DNA of 57,765 nucleotides, filler included, from Catajapyx aquilonaris (taxonomy: Eukaryota), in assembly GCA_000934665.2 (NCBI GenBank). It is 2 parts of 2 records of this genome, joined end to end, with 100 filler letters (N's around TTAATTAATTAA, not from the genome) between each part and the next. Parts side by side here need not be neighbours in the genome. Positions count along the whole stretch, not along the records: positions 1 to 28,807 come from JYFJ02004874.1; 1 more part is not named here. One strand, written 5' to 3'. Under the pieces are notes generated by a model. The model was not told the origin of the DNA and did not search any database. It saw only the letters and a program-made list of their open reading frames with translations. The translations under genes and the position numbers were made by a program. Every line of letters begins with the position of its first letter. Positions within the stretch are counted from its first letter, which is position 1. Below are positions 1 to 12,600 of the stretch, in pieces.

Positions 1-3000
1 CTCTTCAAAATACACCACTAGCCCATTCCTATAACGATCCCTGTGCGCCATCATCAGGCAACGTCATCTTTACACCCGGAGCCATCTTGAATTCCTCCCA
101 AGCGATTTGGCGGTGCTGCTTCTTCTGGCCAAAGCTTGAATTAATTGACGCTGGAGAACTTTGTCATGAATGGAGCTGCTAAGTCAATGCCTCGCAGTCA
201 TCACACCTTGCCATTCTGACGTCGACTATTATGGTAATCATCCACTCAAGCCTTTCCGCTTCAAAGGAAGGTCATCGTACAACTATGCAGGTATGACTGG
301 GTGGAAATCTTGCGGACCAAGCGTTGATTAAATTTAATTGGGATTTATTTACAACCCACGTGGGTTGAATGAATGACTTTAAATGTTGACGAGTTTTTTT
401 TAAGGGGGAAAATCGATGCAATTAAGTGGCGGGTCTGCAACAGGCGAGTGCTGGTGGGCGTGAGTGGTGGGGGGTCTATACTACTCTTTCACGGTGTGTC
501 GGTGTACGTAACACCGATTATTTATGCGTGTCTGGGTTTTTCTGGCAGGCGAGGCACATTTCATGAAACTTTTACAGTTCAATTGCAAAGGTAAATATTG
601 CATTGGGCATGAGTTTTACGCTGTTCAGCACTTGCTAACAAGGACTCAATTCCGAGTTTTTTTTTCGCATTAAACAACATGTGAAGGTGCAAGTGAGAGA
701 TTAAATAACAGCCTGTGATTTCTCATCACTGTTGCTAAGTGTTATCGGTGAGCATTACAGTTAAACAAAATTAGTATAGTGTGCTAAACATGAGTGCAGT
801 CCATATATAACAAAGTAAATGAACCTGATGGAGTGGCGTTACGTAGCATTAGTGGAACATTTTGTTGATTAAATGTACCCGTTATTTTCACATTATTCCT
901 TTCTTTGATAATTTACTGTATAAATTGAATGGCATTACACCCTCCTATTTTATTCATTGCCCTTCGTTATAACGCTTGTTCTACACTCTCACAACAACAA
1001 TCACAACACCTCTTCGTTATGAACGTTATTATATGCACCAGCGCTATATGCTGATGAAGCCAACTTAGTTCGTTACACCTGGCTATACATACTGTGGTGT
1101 ATTCATCAGTGTACTAGATTTGTGATAACAAAACCAAATTAACGGTCTTGCTATCCTGCTCAGCCCGCATAAGAACAATGTTTTTGTTCTGTTCCCAAGC
1201 ATCCATAATGCAATTAATACCAGGGCTGAGAGCCACCTCCACCTTTCCACAGTTGCCAGGGTAACCATGTAGGTCTCGAGTCGCCAGGTACAAAAATCCA
1301 TAGACTAATGTAATTGCTCTCCACCCTTTTCATTAGCCTCCCTGCCCTTCTCAAGAAGATACCTTTTATTAACACACGGGGGAAGAAAAATCCTAACCTA
1401 AAATTCGGTCTAAAACTTGTTTTCATAGGAAAAAAAAGTGTAGCAAGCTCTCCTTTCCTCATGTTGTCACCATACCCAAAAATAGCTGCCACCAACGCAC
1501 CCTTACTGATTACTCACACTGTATAGAAAGTCTCCTGTATATAAAACCACTAGATGCTGCTTCCTTTCGATGCCGAGGAAGAAGAAAAAATTGGTGCAAA
1601 AATAGCACAGCGATATATAGAATTACACTTAATTCCAGTGGTATCATTCCCTTTTGTACCACATAGATGGAAGGGAGAAAAGAAGCGGAAAAAAGATATA
1701 TATGTACCGCATTAAAAAGATGCACAATCTGTAGACCCGAGGCGAAGCTGGCATTGGAAAAATGAGGAAGGCTTAGCTAACGATGCCATTAGCGTCGGCG
1801 AAATACATCTCAACACGTCCCCCCTTTTTCCGTCCCATCTCTTGTTACACCCGTTGGAACAACTTTGGATTTACCAAAATAAGGGGCTGGGTTTGGCATA
1901 AAACGGCGTCTTCTATATAAAAAAAATTGCATAAGTTTTAACCCAGCTGTAGAGTCCAGCTGCCATTGTTTTCTTTTATTAACGTATGTCCCCTTCGACC
2001 TACTGGCTATCCAACTGGACAGGCAGATGGTCACTGCTAAATCTGCTTTTGTGACACCCTTCGTCCATTGTTGGCGTTTTTTTGGGGCGGAGAAGGGGGT
2101 GACGCCAACAGCAAATTTGGATCTAGAGAGGATCAAAAGGCAACTGAATGCCGATAGGCACCGATCAGACCCCCCTCAAAAAAAAATTTAAATAAAAAAA
2201 CTTGAAGATATAGTCTGACCGTTAAGGGTGGGAAAAAAGGGTGCCTTATTTTTTTGTCCAACATAATCTGCATACGCCATGGGTCCTTAGACCACTCAAA
2301 AGCATATGGTGTGTCTTGGATATTGTGCAACCGTTTTTCCTTGTCGGTGACTAAAAATGTGGGATAACCCCCACAATTGATATTGATTGGCGTCGCATTG
2401 TCTACATGGAACGTCAATTGTTGCAGAGGTCGCAGACCTTCACCGATATAAACGTGAATAACCTTGAGTCGACAGTAATGAGTTATACCCCATGCCCATG
2501 AATGGAATCTGTGCTTGCACGTGCTGATGTTTTGTTTCGTGACCAGCTACTGAATGCAATTAAAACGGGGAGGTGATCATTAATTTTGACCATTTTTGGC
2601 CTTTGAGAAGAAGAGGAAAGAAGGGACCCAAGGGGGGGTATAATCATGATAAATAGTGTCAACAAACTGGGAATATTGAGTAACTAACAATAGGTTTAAA
2701 GAAGGCCGCGTATTCTCGGCTAAACGATCCAAGGCCAACGGGATATTCAATTACTTGACAGATTCTATCTCCATTAAAGTCTTAATAGACTGCGTGGGTC
2801 TTGATTATTCAAGGAAACCTTTTTGATCTTAACCTCGCCGCTATCCTCTCCAGTTCTTACTAATATTTCCGCAAAATCTAATCGAATAATTTCTCTACTA
2901 GAAGCCCAAAAAAATGCTATTATCACACCATCCCCGGAAGTACCATATGCTACATGAGCAACAGCAACAATCTTCTGGATACAATTTGGCAACGAAAGGA

Positions 3001-3189
3001 CTACTTGGAAATTCTTGGCTTCCTTCTTTGGCTACTGAGCTCTCAAAGATTATTTCTCCCTCTTTACCATAAATTTTATTATTCTCCTGTGCAAGCTGCA
3101 ATTTACTAGAATGAATGTTGTAACGCATCCAAACTGTTAATGCGAAACACAACTCATCGATCCAATACCATGAGAATGAAGTACTAGTG

Positions 3190-3192
3190 AAT

Positions 3193-3255
<63 letters not shown>

Positions 3256-3257
3256 TT
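3190..3257. repeat. (ATTT)n microsatellite
   Basis: Direct inspection. Confidence 0.98.
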
Positions 3258-4056
3258 GAATTACATGCCCTCAGCTTGGTTGTCACGTGGAAATTTCCAG
3301 AGAAAAGGAGAGGAAATAAATGCAGGATTCTTGACTATAGCCCGCGATGAAAATTCCGGGCAACGAAAAGAGCGGCTTTAATGTTCCAAACGCGCGTATG
3401 ATGCATTACCATATTTACTCCCTGAGTGTGTTGAGTGAGGGGCCTGGCTGTAAAAATGCCAAGAATCCCCGGTCATTTTGCACCGAATTGCTCCATTTCG
3501 TCTTTGACGTGATTCTGAAATGGCGCAAGTTTAGAGGCGATGAACGAGTGGCACAAGTGCAAAGAATGAGTAAATTCTTCACTTCAGAATCATTCCCCAC
3601 TTTCTTTTACTACTTTTATTTTAGTCTGGGTAAAAATGAATGTGGAGATCACTTATGTCTGGATGTCTAAACTATTTTATATATTTTTTGAATAGCGTAG
3701 CAACTCAATTTGTAGTCCTGCAAATACTGTAATCATGCAGCCAAATCGTATTTTGGTTGTATCTCAAATTTTATTTACAATTATCGTATCGAAATATTAT
3801 TACTCCGCAATATCCGGAATCTGGAAGCATAATAATTAGTGGGGATACTTTGTAACAATGATGAGCAGTTCAGAAATAGTATTTGGAGTTGCTTCCAACA
3901 AAGGTATAGTGTAGTCATTAAAAATATACTTACTGTTGTTACAGTCACGAGCCCAGTCGCATTTTTCAGGCCAGGTCAACGACAACAATGGTGTCATAAA
4001 ACATACGTGGCAAAGTTAATTGGAGTCAACAGTCGCAAAATTGCGACAGAGTATTA

Positions 4057-4240
4057 AGGTGGGTTTACATGTGAGCGATTTAACGAGCGAAGTCTTCGCC
4101 GAGCGGAAACATCTCTGAGTAACCCAAGTATTGTTTGAGGCGAAAATCGATTGTTACTTTCACCTCAAACATATTGGTTACTTCGCCCGGCGAAGACTTC
4201 GCTCCGCTTCGCTTGTCAAATCGCTCACATATCTACTTTA
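4057..4240. mobile_element. PIF/Harbinger-like MITE family A, degraded copy
   Basis: TTA-AGGTGGGTTTACATGTGAGCGATTTAACGAGCGAAGTCTTCGCCGAG... with inverted ...CGGCGAAGACTTCGCT...CAAATCGCTCACAT. Homologous to 5675-5927 and 22180-22321. Confidence 0.75.
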
Positions 4241-5674
4241 TATAGACCTTATATTCGTTGAATCCGTATGCCCGAATCATATGAAGTCTATTTTTAAATA
4301 CTCGTGTGTGAACATTTCCAACCCCGATTCACATCCTTTCTTCAACCTGCAGAGGGTCATATACCAGAGGGCCTGTTTCTGAAAATAGTCCCTTACACAT
4401 TTTGCATAAAATTTTCCTACAAAAGTTTACTGATCATGCATTGGCAGTCAGCAGGAAGCCATTTTTAAGAGTATACAAAAGAACGTCTGCATTGCTGGAC
4501 CCCCCCCCCCCTCCCTCCAGATTATGACGCAATATATGTACTGCACAGTACAGTACCACATAGAAAGTAAGGTTGTGCAACCGGGTTGAAGTATATACTG
4601 TACAGTGTACAGATAATACCCGAATAAATCCGATCCACTTGAGCTATCTAACAGTTCACACCTTCCCGAGTTTATTTCTTTTCTCACATCCTGTAATTCC
4701 TGATACCGGTCTCATCTTCACACCCTCAGATCAGCCTTATTCAATCCAATTTTTAATTATATTTTATAGCTTAAAAATTGTGACCCCAATTAAGAAGAAA
4801 TACCTACCTCNCCCCCCCAATCCCAGCCTGTGATAGGTTTGCGGTTTCTGGTGATAAATCAAAAGACGGGAAATTCCTGGTGAGGGCAAGTGATAGGAGT
4901 CAGCGCGGTTTTCCTCGTCCCAGGGAGCCCTCAGCACTCCATAACTAACTTGAGCATGGAATCAATAGTTCATTACGTGTGGCGTCCCAGATAGTTTTTA
5001 TTTCGGCGGGTGGGGGAAGGAGGAGAAGGGCATAAATTCGGAGGGGCGGACGTTGGAACAATTCGCCCCCATCTCACAGAAAGCTTTTTCCTTTTTTTCC
5101 CTTTCTGTAGAGCAGGCCATGGAGGAAGCTATTAATGTCGACGCTTGGGGATTTGGAGAAAAAAAAATGCTCTTATCATCGTCTCCGGCTATGAATTATT
5201 TACTCGCAACGACACCTATAGAGTCATTCAAAAACGTGTGAGTTATGTACATTCTCTAAAAAAAAATTATATACATGGTGTTCCAAATTCGTGGGTCGTT
5301 TTTTTATAACTGAAATCGCCCGATTGTAGGCTATAGTTATTTTTTATAGCTTGTTGTGCCCCGATCCAGGTGCCCCATACTCGCGAAAAAATTCAGAAAT
5401 TCGACTCGTCAGGTCAAGGGTCACGCATTTTGACATGACACGTAATTTTAATCTTAGTTTTTGTTGACGATTATCTGCGGGTTTGGCGTACCTTTTAGCA
5501 TTCGAAATCCACTTTTCACATGTTTCTGGCATGAACAGTTACCGAAACAATCGGGTTATTGCAAACATCAAAATGCGGAAAAGTCACCATTTTTGACCTC
5601 GTCCTTGTTCATGACCTGTGGACGCTAGCGGTTTTAAAATATTTCCCTAAGACCTTGACAAAATACGACCCTAA

Positions 5675-5927
5675 AGCTGCGTTTACATGTGAGCGATTTG
5701 ACGAGCGAAGTCTTCGCCGAGGCTGAAATTAACAATCGATTTTCTCCTCAAACCATATTGGTTACTTGGGTTACTCAGCCTCGGCGAAGACTCACACCCC
5801 ACTTGAAGACTCACACTTGAAGGCTGAGTAACCCAAGTAACCAATATGGTTTGAGGCGCATTGTTAGCTCTAATTCCAGCCGCGGCGAATATTTCGCTCG
5901 TCAAGTCACTCACATGTAAACGCACCT
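5675..5927. mobile_element. PIF/Harbinger-like MITE family A
   Basis: TIRs AGCTGCGTTTACATGTGAG / CTCACATGTAAACGCACCT, with TAA on both sides (5672-74, 5928-30). Confidence 0.85.
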
Positions 5928-5930
5928 TAA

Positions 5931-6055
5931 GGGCCGGTTTCACCGAGCTCAGTATATGATAAAACCAGGGTATTTCTCAAAATCCCTATCTATTTGTATG
6001 GATTTTCCTAAAGAAACCTGGTTTTATCATATACCAAGCTCGGTGAAACCGGCCC
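5931..6055. mobile_element. 125-bp PIF/Harbinger-like MITE family B
   Basis: TIRs GGGCCGGTTTCACCGAGCT / AGCTCGGTGAAACCGGCCC, TAA TSD. An apparently identical copy lies at 27228-27352. Confidence 0.92.
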
Positions 6056-6179
6056 TAAGTGCCAATTTCAGTTTTCTAGAAAAATGTCGGGTGAACATAG
6101 TTGTATGATCTCACATGGAATGACCCTGACACGCAGGAGGTCGAATATAGCAGTTTCTATAGAATGGGGCACGTGCATA

Positions 6180-6685
6180 CAGTGACGTATTTAGGGGTTT
6201 TCCGCCCCTATGCATAGCCTTATCTGCCCCCCCCNCCCCCCCCCCGCAACTCCTGGCTGATTTCTATTCCAAAATTTGCGGATTTCAATTCCAAATTTCT
6301 CGAAAATGGTAATTTCAAACAAAAATCACATTTCGGTAACGGATACGTAGCGAAATCCAGTGAATTTCATCTTGGGGTTTACACTTTTATGCCGCTCCAA
6401 GGTGAATCGGCCGATGCCCAGACCAGTAAAGGCGAAAGTCGCGTGTAGATCCTGCACAGATCCCCACTGTCCTAGGGGGGAAGGGTGCACGCGGCTTTCG
6501 CCCTTACTGGTCTCGGGCATCGGGCGATTCATCTTGGGGCGGCACATGAACAGTGACGCCATGTATAACTTATTACATATTTTCGTTCGTGTCAAAATTT
6601 TCCGCCTCCATGACATTTGCGGCCCCCTAAAATTTTCCGCCACAGGCACGTGCCTATACTCGGCCTATTTGGTAATATGTCACTG
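6180..6685. mobile_element. hAT-like MITE containing an inner inverted-repeat element (6382-6555)
   Basis: Termini CAGTGACGTATT / AATATGTCACTG. The 8-mer GGCACGTG lies at 6168-75 and 6686-93 (left copy offset by 4 nt). Confidence 0.7.
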
Positions 6686-9600
6686 GGCACGTGGTTAGAG
6701 GTACAACAAGCTACAAAAAATAACTACTATCGGGCGATATCAGTTATTTAAAAACGAACAACGAATTTGGAACACCCTGATACGGTCAACTGGGCCAGCG
6801 CATTTTTTTTGGACAACCTGCCGCGAATTTTACTCGTCATTGCCAACCTCGACCATCCCTCAATGTAGTGAAACATGCTATAGTTTACACCTGCTGCCAC
6901 TGTTGTTCAAAAATGCTCTGGCACAATCCCACCCCACTTATTGACGGTACATCTGAAGCCACTATAGATGGCACTCCCATACAGGGTAGAAAAATGTGCA
7001 GATTTAGTGGTAGTTAGCAATGCAGATGTTATAGCCTGGGATGATATATCTAATAATGTGCCGTAAGTCCTTCAGAGCCATTATTGGCATCGACAACATT
7101 CTCGGCAGCTGCTTATAGCCCTGCAGCCCTCATTGCTTTTTCTCCCGAGGTCTTTGGTAAGGTCCCCAGCACGTGGTTTCAACCCATTACGATCCTTCGT
7201 CCAACTTGTGCCCCCATTTTTTTTTTCTCCCCCCCTTCCTTCTTATACTCTTCCATGGCTCCTCCTTCCCATATCTGTGCCAAAACTTGGCCCATTCCTA
7301 TGCAATGCGGCGCGATTCCACTCTCCTCCTGCATAATCGCATAGGAGAGGGATGGAAGCACCTAGAGAAGAGAGGACCTGCTGCCAATTGGGCCTCAGAC
7401 TCCATTTTACCTTCCAAAGACTCAGCCTCATCTCCATTTGGGTCGAATATGCTTCAACTTCTTACTGCTGCTATGAAACGTGCGTTGGCCCTGCTCATCT
7501 AACTTACAATTATTTTTTTAATCTTCTAAAATATTGTAGGTTGTTGGAGCACCTTCAGTTACTTGTTCCATTGTTTCTGTATTTGAAAATATCATATCGG
7601 CACCTAGCATTCAAAGAGTGTAAACTTATGCGTAATGGCTGTAATTTGGAGTCGTGACGTGTGAGGCTGGAATTTTACGGACACTTTCGTTTCGGCACGT
7701 TTAACAAACAACAAAAGGGGGGGGGGGGGGCGCAAAACATTTTTTGCATCCGCAAGTATAGTGCACATGTGGCGGTGCCCAATATTTGTTTTCGAGTGTT
7801 TACGACGGGAAACTACGCAAAATTTGATGTGTGGTGATATGAGGTGAACTGACATAGCCTACACGTAACACGTGTGGTTTGACCAATCATAATTTGACTG
7901 ACGGCATTCGAGAGGCATAAACTTCGCAGTATGGCATACAGGTCCGTCGGGGTCACTTTTGTTCCATGTGGGATATGAAATAAGCTAGAATAGCCAGCTG
8001 GTGACGTATACAGAAAGTATTGAATATAGCCACATCTCTAAACAAGTCTATTCTTAACCCGCTTTCATACGGTACATGACGTTATTTCGAACAATAACGG
8101 CATTGTTTTATAAACTAATTGTGGCCTAAGCGTATTATCTGTCTCCCCCTCCCATGACGTCGTCCCTGTAATATAAGTCTCTCAAAACAAGACCGGTCAG
8201 GTCAACGCAAAATAGTGTTTGCATTATACGACGGCAGGACATTAAAGTATCCCTTTCTCAGCATTATTTCAGTAATGCCATTATAGGACAGACTTGCATC
8301 TAACGATCAGGTTAATGGAAAAGGGCTGCACAGGTCGAGGTACCGGCCAAACATGGTCTTCAGTATTGATAAATATTTCTTATTTATTAGATCCATGCGT
8401 TTTGTTGGGCATCTGGGCAAGTACAACGGTACCACAGATGGAAAAATAAACAGTTTTCTCCAGGAAGTAAGAATCTTTTTTTTTTTCACGCCACATGGAC
8501 AAATATACGTTCTCATTGTCCTGTCAAGCAAAGCCAGCTACTGCTCGCATGAACACCTTCACACCTTTTATCGTCCCGATATATGATGACAATGGAGGGC
8601 GAGAGTTGTTTACACGCTTCCCATGGCACAGAGGAAATTAATCCCCTCCTGGTTAGCAATCAGGTAGAGGGCAAGCCCCCAACAAAACGTTAATGACTGT
8701 CATCTAGAGGTTGGAATCCCCCGTAAACAAACCGGCCATGTTTCCCCTGGACCCCCCCCCCTCCCCCTTTTCTCTCCGACGCTATGAATTTTTAATCCTG
8801 GGTCTACTCTCTGCATAAGTTGGCACCTGTCGAGTGTCAGGTTGCGACCGTGAATAGTGCATGAGGCGTGTTCCCGCTACCTCCAACCCCTCACAAGTTG
8901 GCTCCTGCATGTCATGATTGTCGTTTTTAATCGAATAAGTCGCCGCCGCTTGACTCTGGGCCTTCTTGCTAGCGTTTCCACTTTGCGCCGTTGGGACTCC
9001 TAATTTTATTCATTAGGCTTCATCTGGGCAGCTTTCAGTTACACAGTACAGTCTCTTTATGCATAACCTGGTTAGGGAGTCTAATTTTCACTAGGATTTT
9101 CCTTCCCCGAGGTAGTTCCGGAGATGGCCATCAGAGCGTCACTACTAGTCGTATGACAGGGTTGGAAATAATCTACGTGCTGTAGCTAAGGGACGCCTTT
9201 CAGTCATATATATAAAAGGGAAGTTGAGAGGAGTTGAGTGAGGCAGTGACAGCTCGGATGGCGTCCCCATCATCCCTCCCTCATGCCTCCCACCCCTCCT
9301 CTTCCTAGTGAAAGACATAGGTCGCGGTGTCACCCAGAGCGTCCCGGACTCCTGATGAATATTGAAAGGCAAAGAGGGAGCCTGAAACAAAAGAGCTGGA
9401 GAGACAAATGGCTCGTCTCGCCCGTCGCAAATTTGTCACATTTTTTGGCACCGACTCCCCCTTGCCCAAACCCCCCCCCNCACTTTTTTTTTTGGAAGAA
9501 CATTTTTCATTGGCGTGATTCGAGTGATTCAGAACAGGAGGATTTAGGGAGCCTGTATGACAGGATGGATTCGACTTTTTTCAAGACTGAGTGAAGGATT

Positions 9601-12600
9601 TTTTTTTTTTTTTTTTGAAGCTAATGCAATCTCTTTGGATTCCATCCGCAACCAACAATTTGAATTTCTTCTTATTCCAGGTTGCTAAGACGCAACGCTC
9701 TGCAGTGATGGAAAAGGACGGAAGTACCTATTTTGAAAATGAAATTTAACCGCGCATGGCTCAGCCTCCAAAATAGGTCTTCCTCGTAAAAAGTGGCAGC
9801 AAAGCACTCCAACTGCGGAAGGGAAGCTCGTTACATTTTTTGACAGGTGTTAAAACCTCCCTTATGATTCAGACAAATATGCGTTTTTTTCCCAATGCCA
9901 ATGGGAGTGTGACTGCTGCAAATGAAATGCCAGTATTACTGGTACTTGTTTTTTTACCATATTTTGCTCCTGGGCATGCAGGATTACTCAACTGAAAAGT
10001 GAATCTCGTTTGAACCGATGCTTGTTTTGTTGGATGTATAGGAATTATTTTGGTCATCACGTGATCCAGTACACTCTTGCTCAATTTTCAGGTTACATAA
10101 GTGGTAATAATCTGCTATTTTCTGCCACTCGTCTAAATCAACCGTCCAACTTAAAAGAAACAACAGTTCAAATTAAAATCTTGAAATATTATTATACACA
10201 TAATTTTATTGCAACATAAAATCGATACCTGACTTTTAATAGGTGGAAAGTATTTATGGTCTGAGTGTAAAATTACTTCATTTTTTCACATGCTAATCGG
10301 AAATGTACTGGATTTGAGATAAAAAAAACCTTGTAGTTTGTACGCTACAAACCTGCTACAAACTATATACAAGGTATTCATCTCAAATCCAGTTTTTCCA
10401 TTCTTGTGCAGTTCGTACTAGTCACATTATTTTTTACCAATGCAAATGACTTGATGCATCTCGCGATATATTCTTAACAGGAGTTACAGGCAACATAGTG
10501 GGAGCTGACCATATGACATCATCAATTTTTTTAAGGGAAAAACTTCCTGCCCCCNCCCCCCTCTCACTCACCCCAGAAACCCCTCACCCCCTCGCTTATC
10601 TCAATTGTCTGACAGTGGACGCCCTTTCTCATCGACTGATTGTCGTTATAAAGTGGTCATTTCGGTGGCACCTATATTCCAGGGGGTTGAAACCCGAACT
10701 ATTTCCGCATGTCCTGGACGCAAGCCAATCAGGTTGAGTGGTTGGCTTCACCGGAAGAGTGCCAACATGACAACTCCGGCTCAAAATTTTCCTTTGCACT
10801 ATGACACTCATTGGTCCGAACTTCTTACACCCTCGAAATATTTAATATTTCCTGCAAGTCTCCTGAATGGGGGTTTCTAACAGGGTAGGCAAGTTTCCAA
10901 GTTAATTTCATTACAGTCAGCATGAAAGAAAGAGGGAGGGGGAAAAAAAATGCAGCAAGCGAGAAAGATTTGCTAAAATATGGTTGGAGTGAATCTGGCA
11001 GTCATATGGTGAAGAGCCAAGGGTTTGGAGTTTTTAAAAAAATAGAGTTGGCTAGCTAAGATAGAATAAAAAAATGGGGGGGTAAGTTGAGACACACGTT
11101 TCTACAAATTTTCCATGTGTTGGTTCACTGTACGCAAAATTAGACCTGCAAGGAACTGGGACAATTCACACAAATTTCATCCCCTTGATAATTCCTTCAT
11201 TGTTAGAAACAAATTATGCATTAGCAGTCATTCATCACCGCCCAGGCGACATTTATGATAATGACACTTTGTATTCACCTATTTCAGGCGGCCAGCATAT
11301 CTTCCGGAATTCCAAGAAATCTGTAGATAAGCTTATCATCAGTCACGCATACAGTACGGGGGCCAGGCCTATATGGTATACTGTATTATACAGGTTGATT
11401 TTTTTTTCTCCTTCTCTAGCCTTCCCCCTGCTGCTATACTGGACAGCTTAATGGTCTCCAAAGACCCTGCCGGCAAGGGTAATTACCTTAATATTTTTTC
11501 CGTTCCTGAAGGGCGGGATTAAACCCGCAGGCGAAATTGCATAAATGGGTCAGTAAATAAAATAAGCTCGACTTTAATCTACGGAAACTTAGGACACCTC
11601 GTCATTTCGTCAATTCGTGAAAAACATTGCTGATTTGTGACAGTTCACGGAAAAAATATTTCGAGCAATTTTTATTTGATATATGCTGAAACTGGTTTAA
11701 TATAATAGGCATACTGGAGTTGATTTTTTTTACTAAAGATTTGAGCTACTAAGGCGATTTCATAATGTTATATTTGGGAGGGTAATGAAATCTGTCGGTT
11801 CATATTGGTGTATAGCATGTGTGGCGGTTCTTTGCCTTCTCGATATATATAATATAACCCCCCCTTACTAAATTCCATCTCCGACATCGGAATATAACAT
11901 GCAAGACTGACAACTGGCTGCGTTTCAACTTGATTACAGACGGTAGAAAAATGAACAAAATGGAAGCGGAGTCTTCAATTTCCTTGCGGTTTTCGGGCTT
12001 ATATATAGGCATGGTAATAAAGGCCGTACCAGGAAGGTAGAATAGAAGGGAGGGGGGTGGGGGAGGTTCAGGAATATTAAATTTTTCGACATTGATCACC
12101 ATCATCCATGTGCCGTCATCACGTGCACATCCCTCTTTTTCCCCCCCTCATTTTTTTTTGCCAATAAGAGGCCAATGTGCCAAATTGTCCGACTTCAATA
12201 TGAGCCCATAGTTTTGGCTTCATATCGGAGAGGCTTTGAGGCTTTTTTCACACGGAAGTCAACTCGGCACCCAACCCCCACCTCGAATAATGGCAAGCAA
12301 GCGCTCAGACATATTTACCCCTACGTCAATCACACGCCCTAATATCCCTCGGCCTTAATGGAGCTTTATAGCGAGCGGCCGCATTGATGATTTTTGCGTT
12401 ACCTGATATTGATATTTTCTAAAGGGAACAAAGGCGGTTGTCGTCGTCACCCACCACCCTCAACCTCAACTTGGCTACCACCCCACCTGTGGTTTCATTA
12501 CTTTTTTTTTTTGCTACCAACTGTCACATACACTTCATATCGTTCAGATAATTAATCTGGATGATTCATATATTACAAGTTCCAATAGTGAATTGTCCAC

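Larger units (their letters stand above)
5274..6779. mobile_element. Tc1/mariner-type MITE (CAGGGTGTTCCAAATTCG family) hosting nested insertions
   Basis: TA-CATGGTGTTCCAAATTCGTGGGTCG...TAGCTTGTTGTG at left and CAACAAGCTA...CGAATTTGGAACACCCTG at right form ~80-bp imperfect TIRs. Other copies at 22360, 23615 and 35039. Confidence 0.75.
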
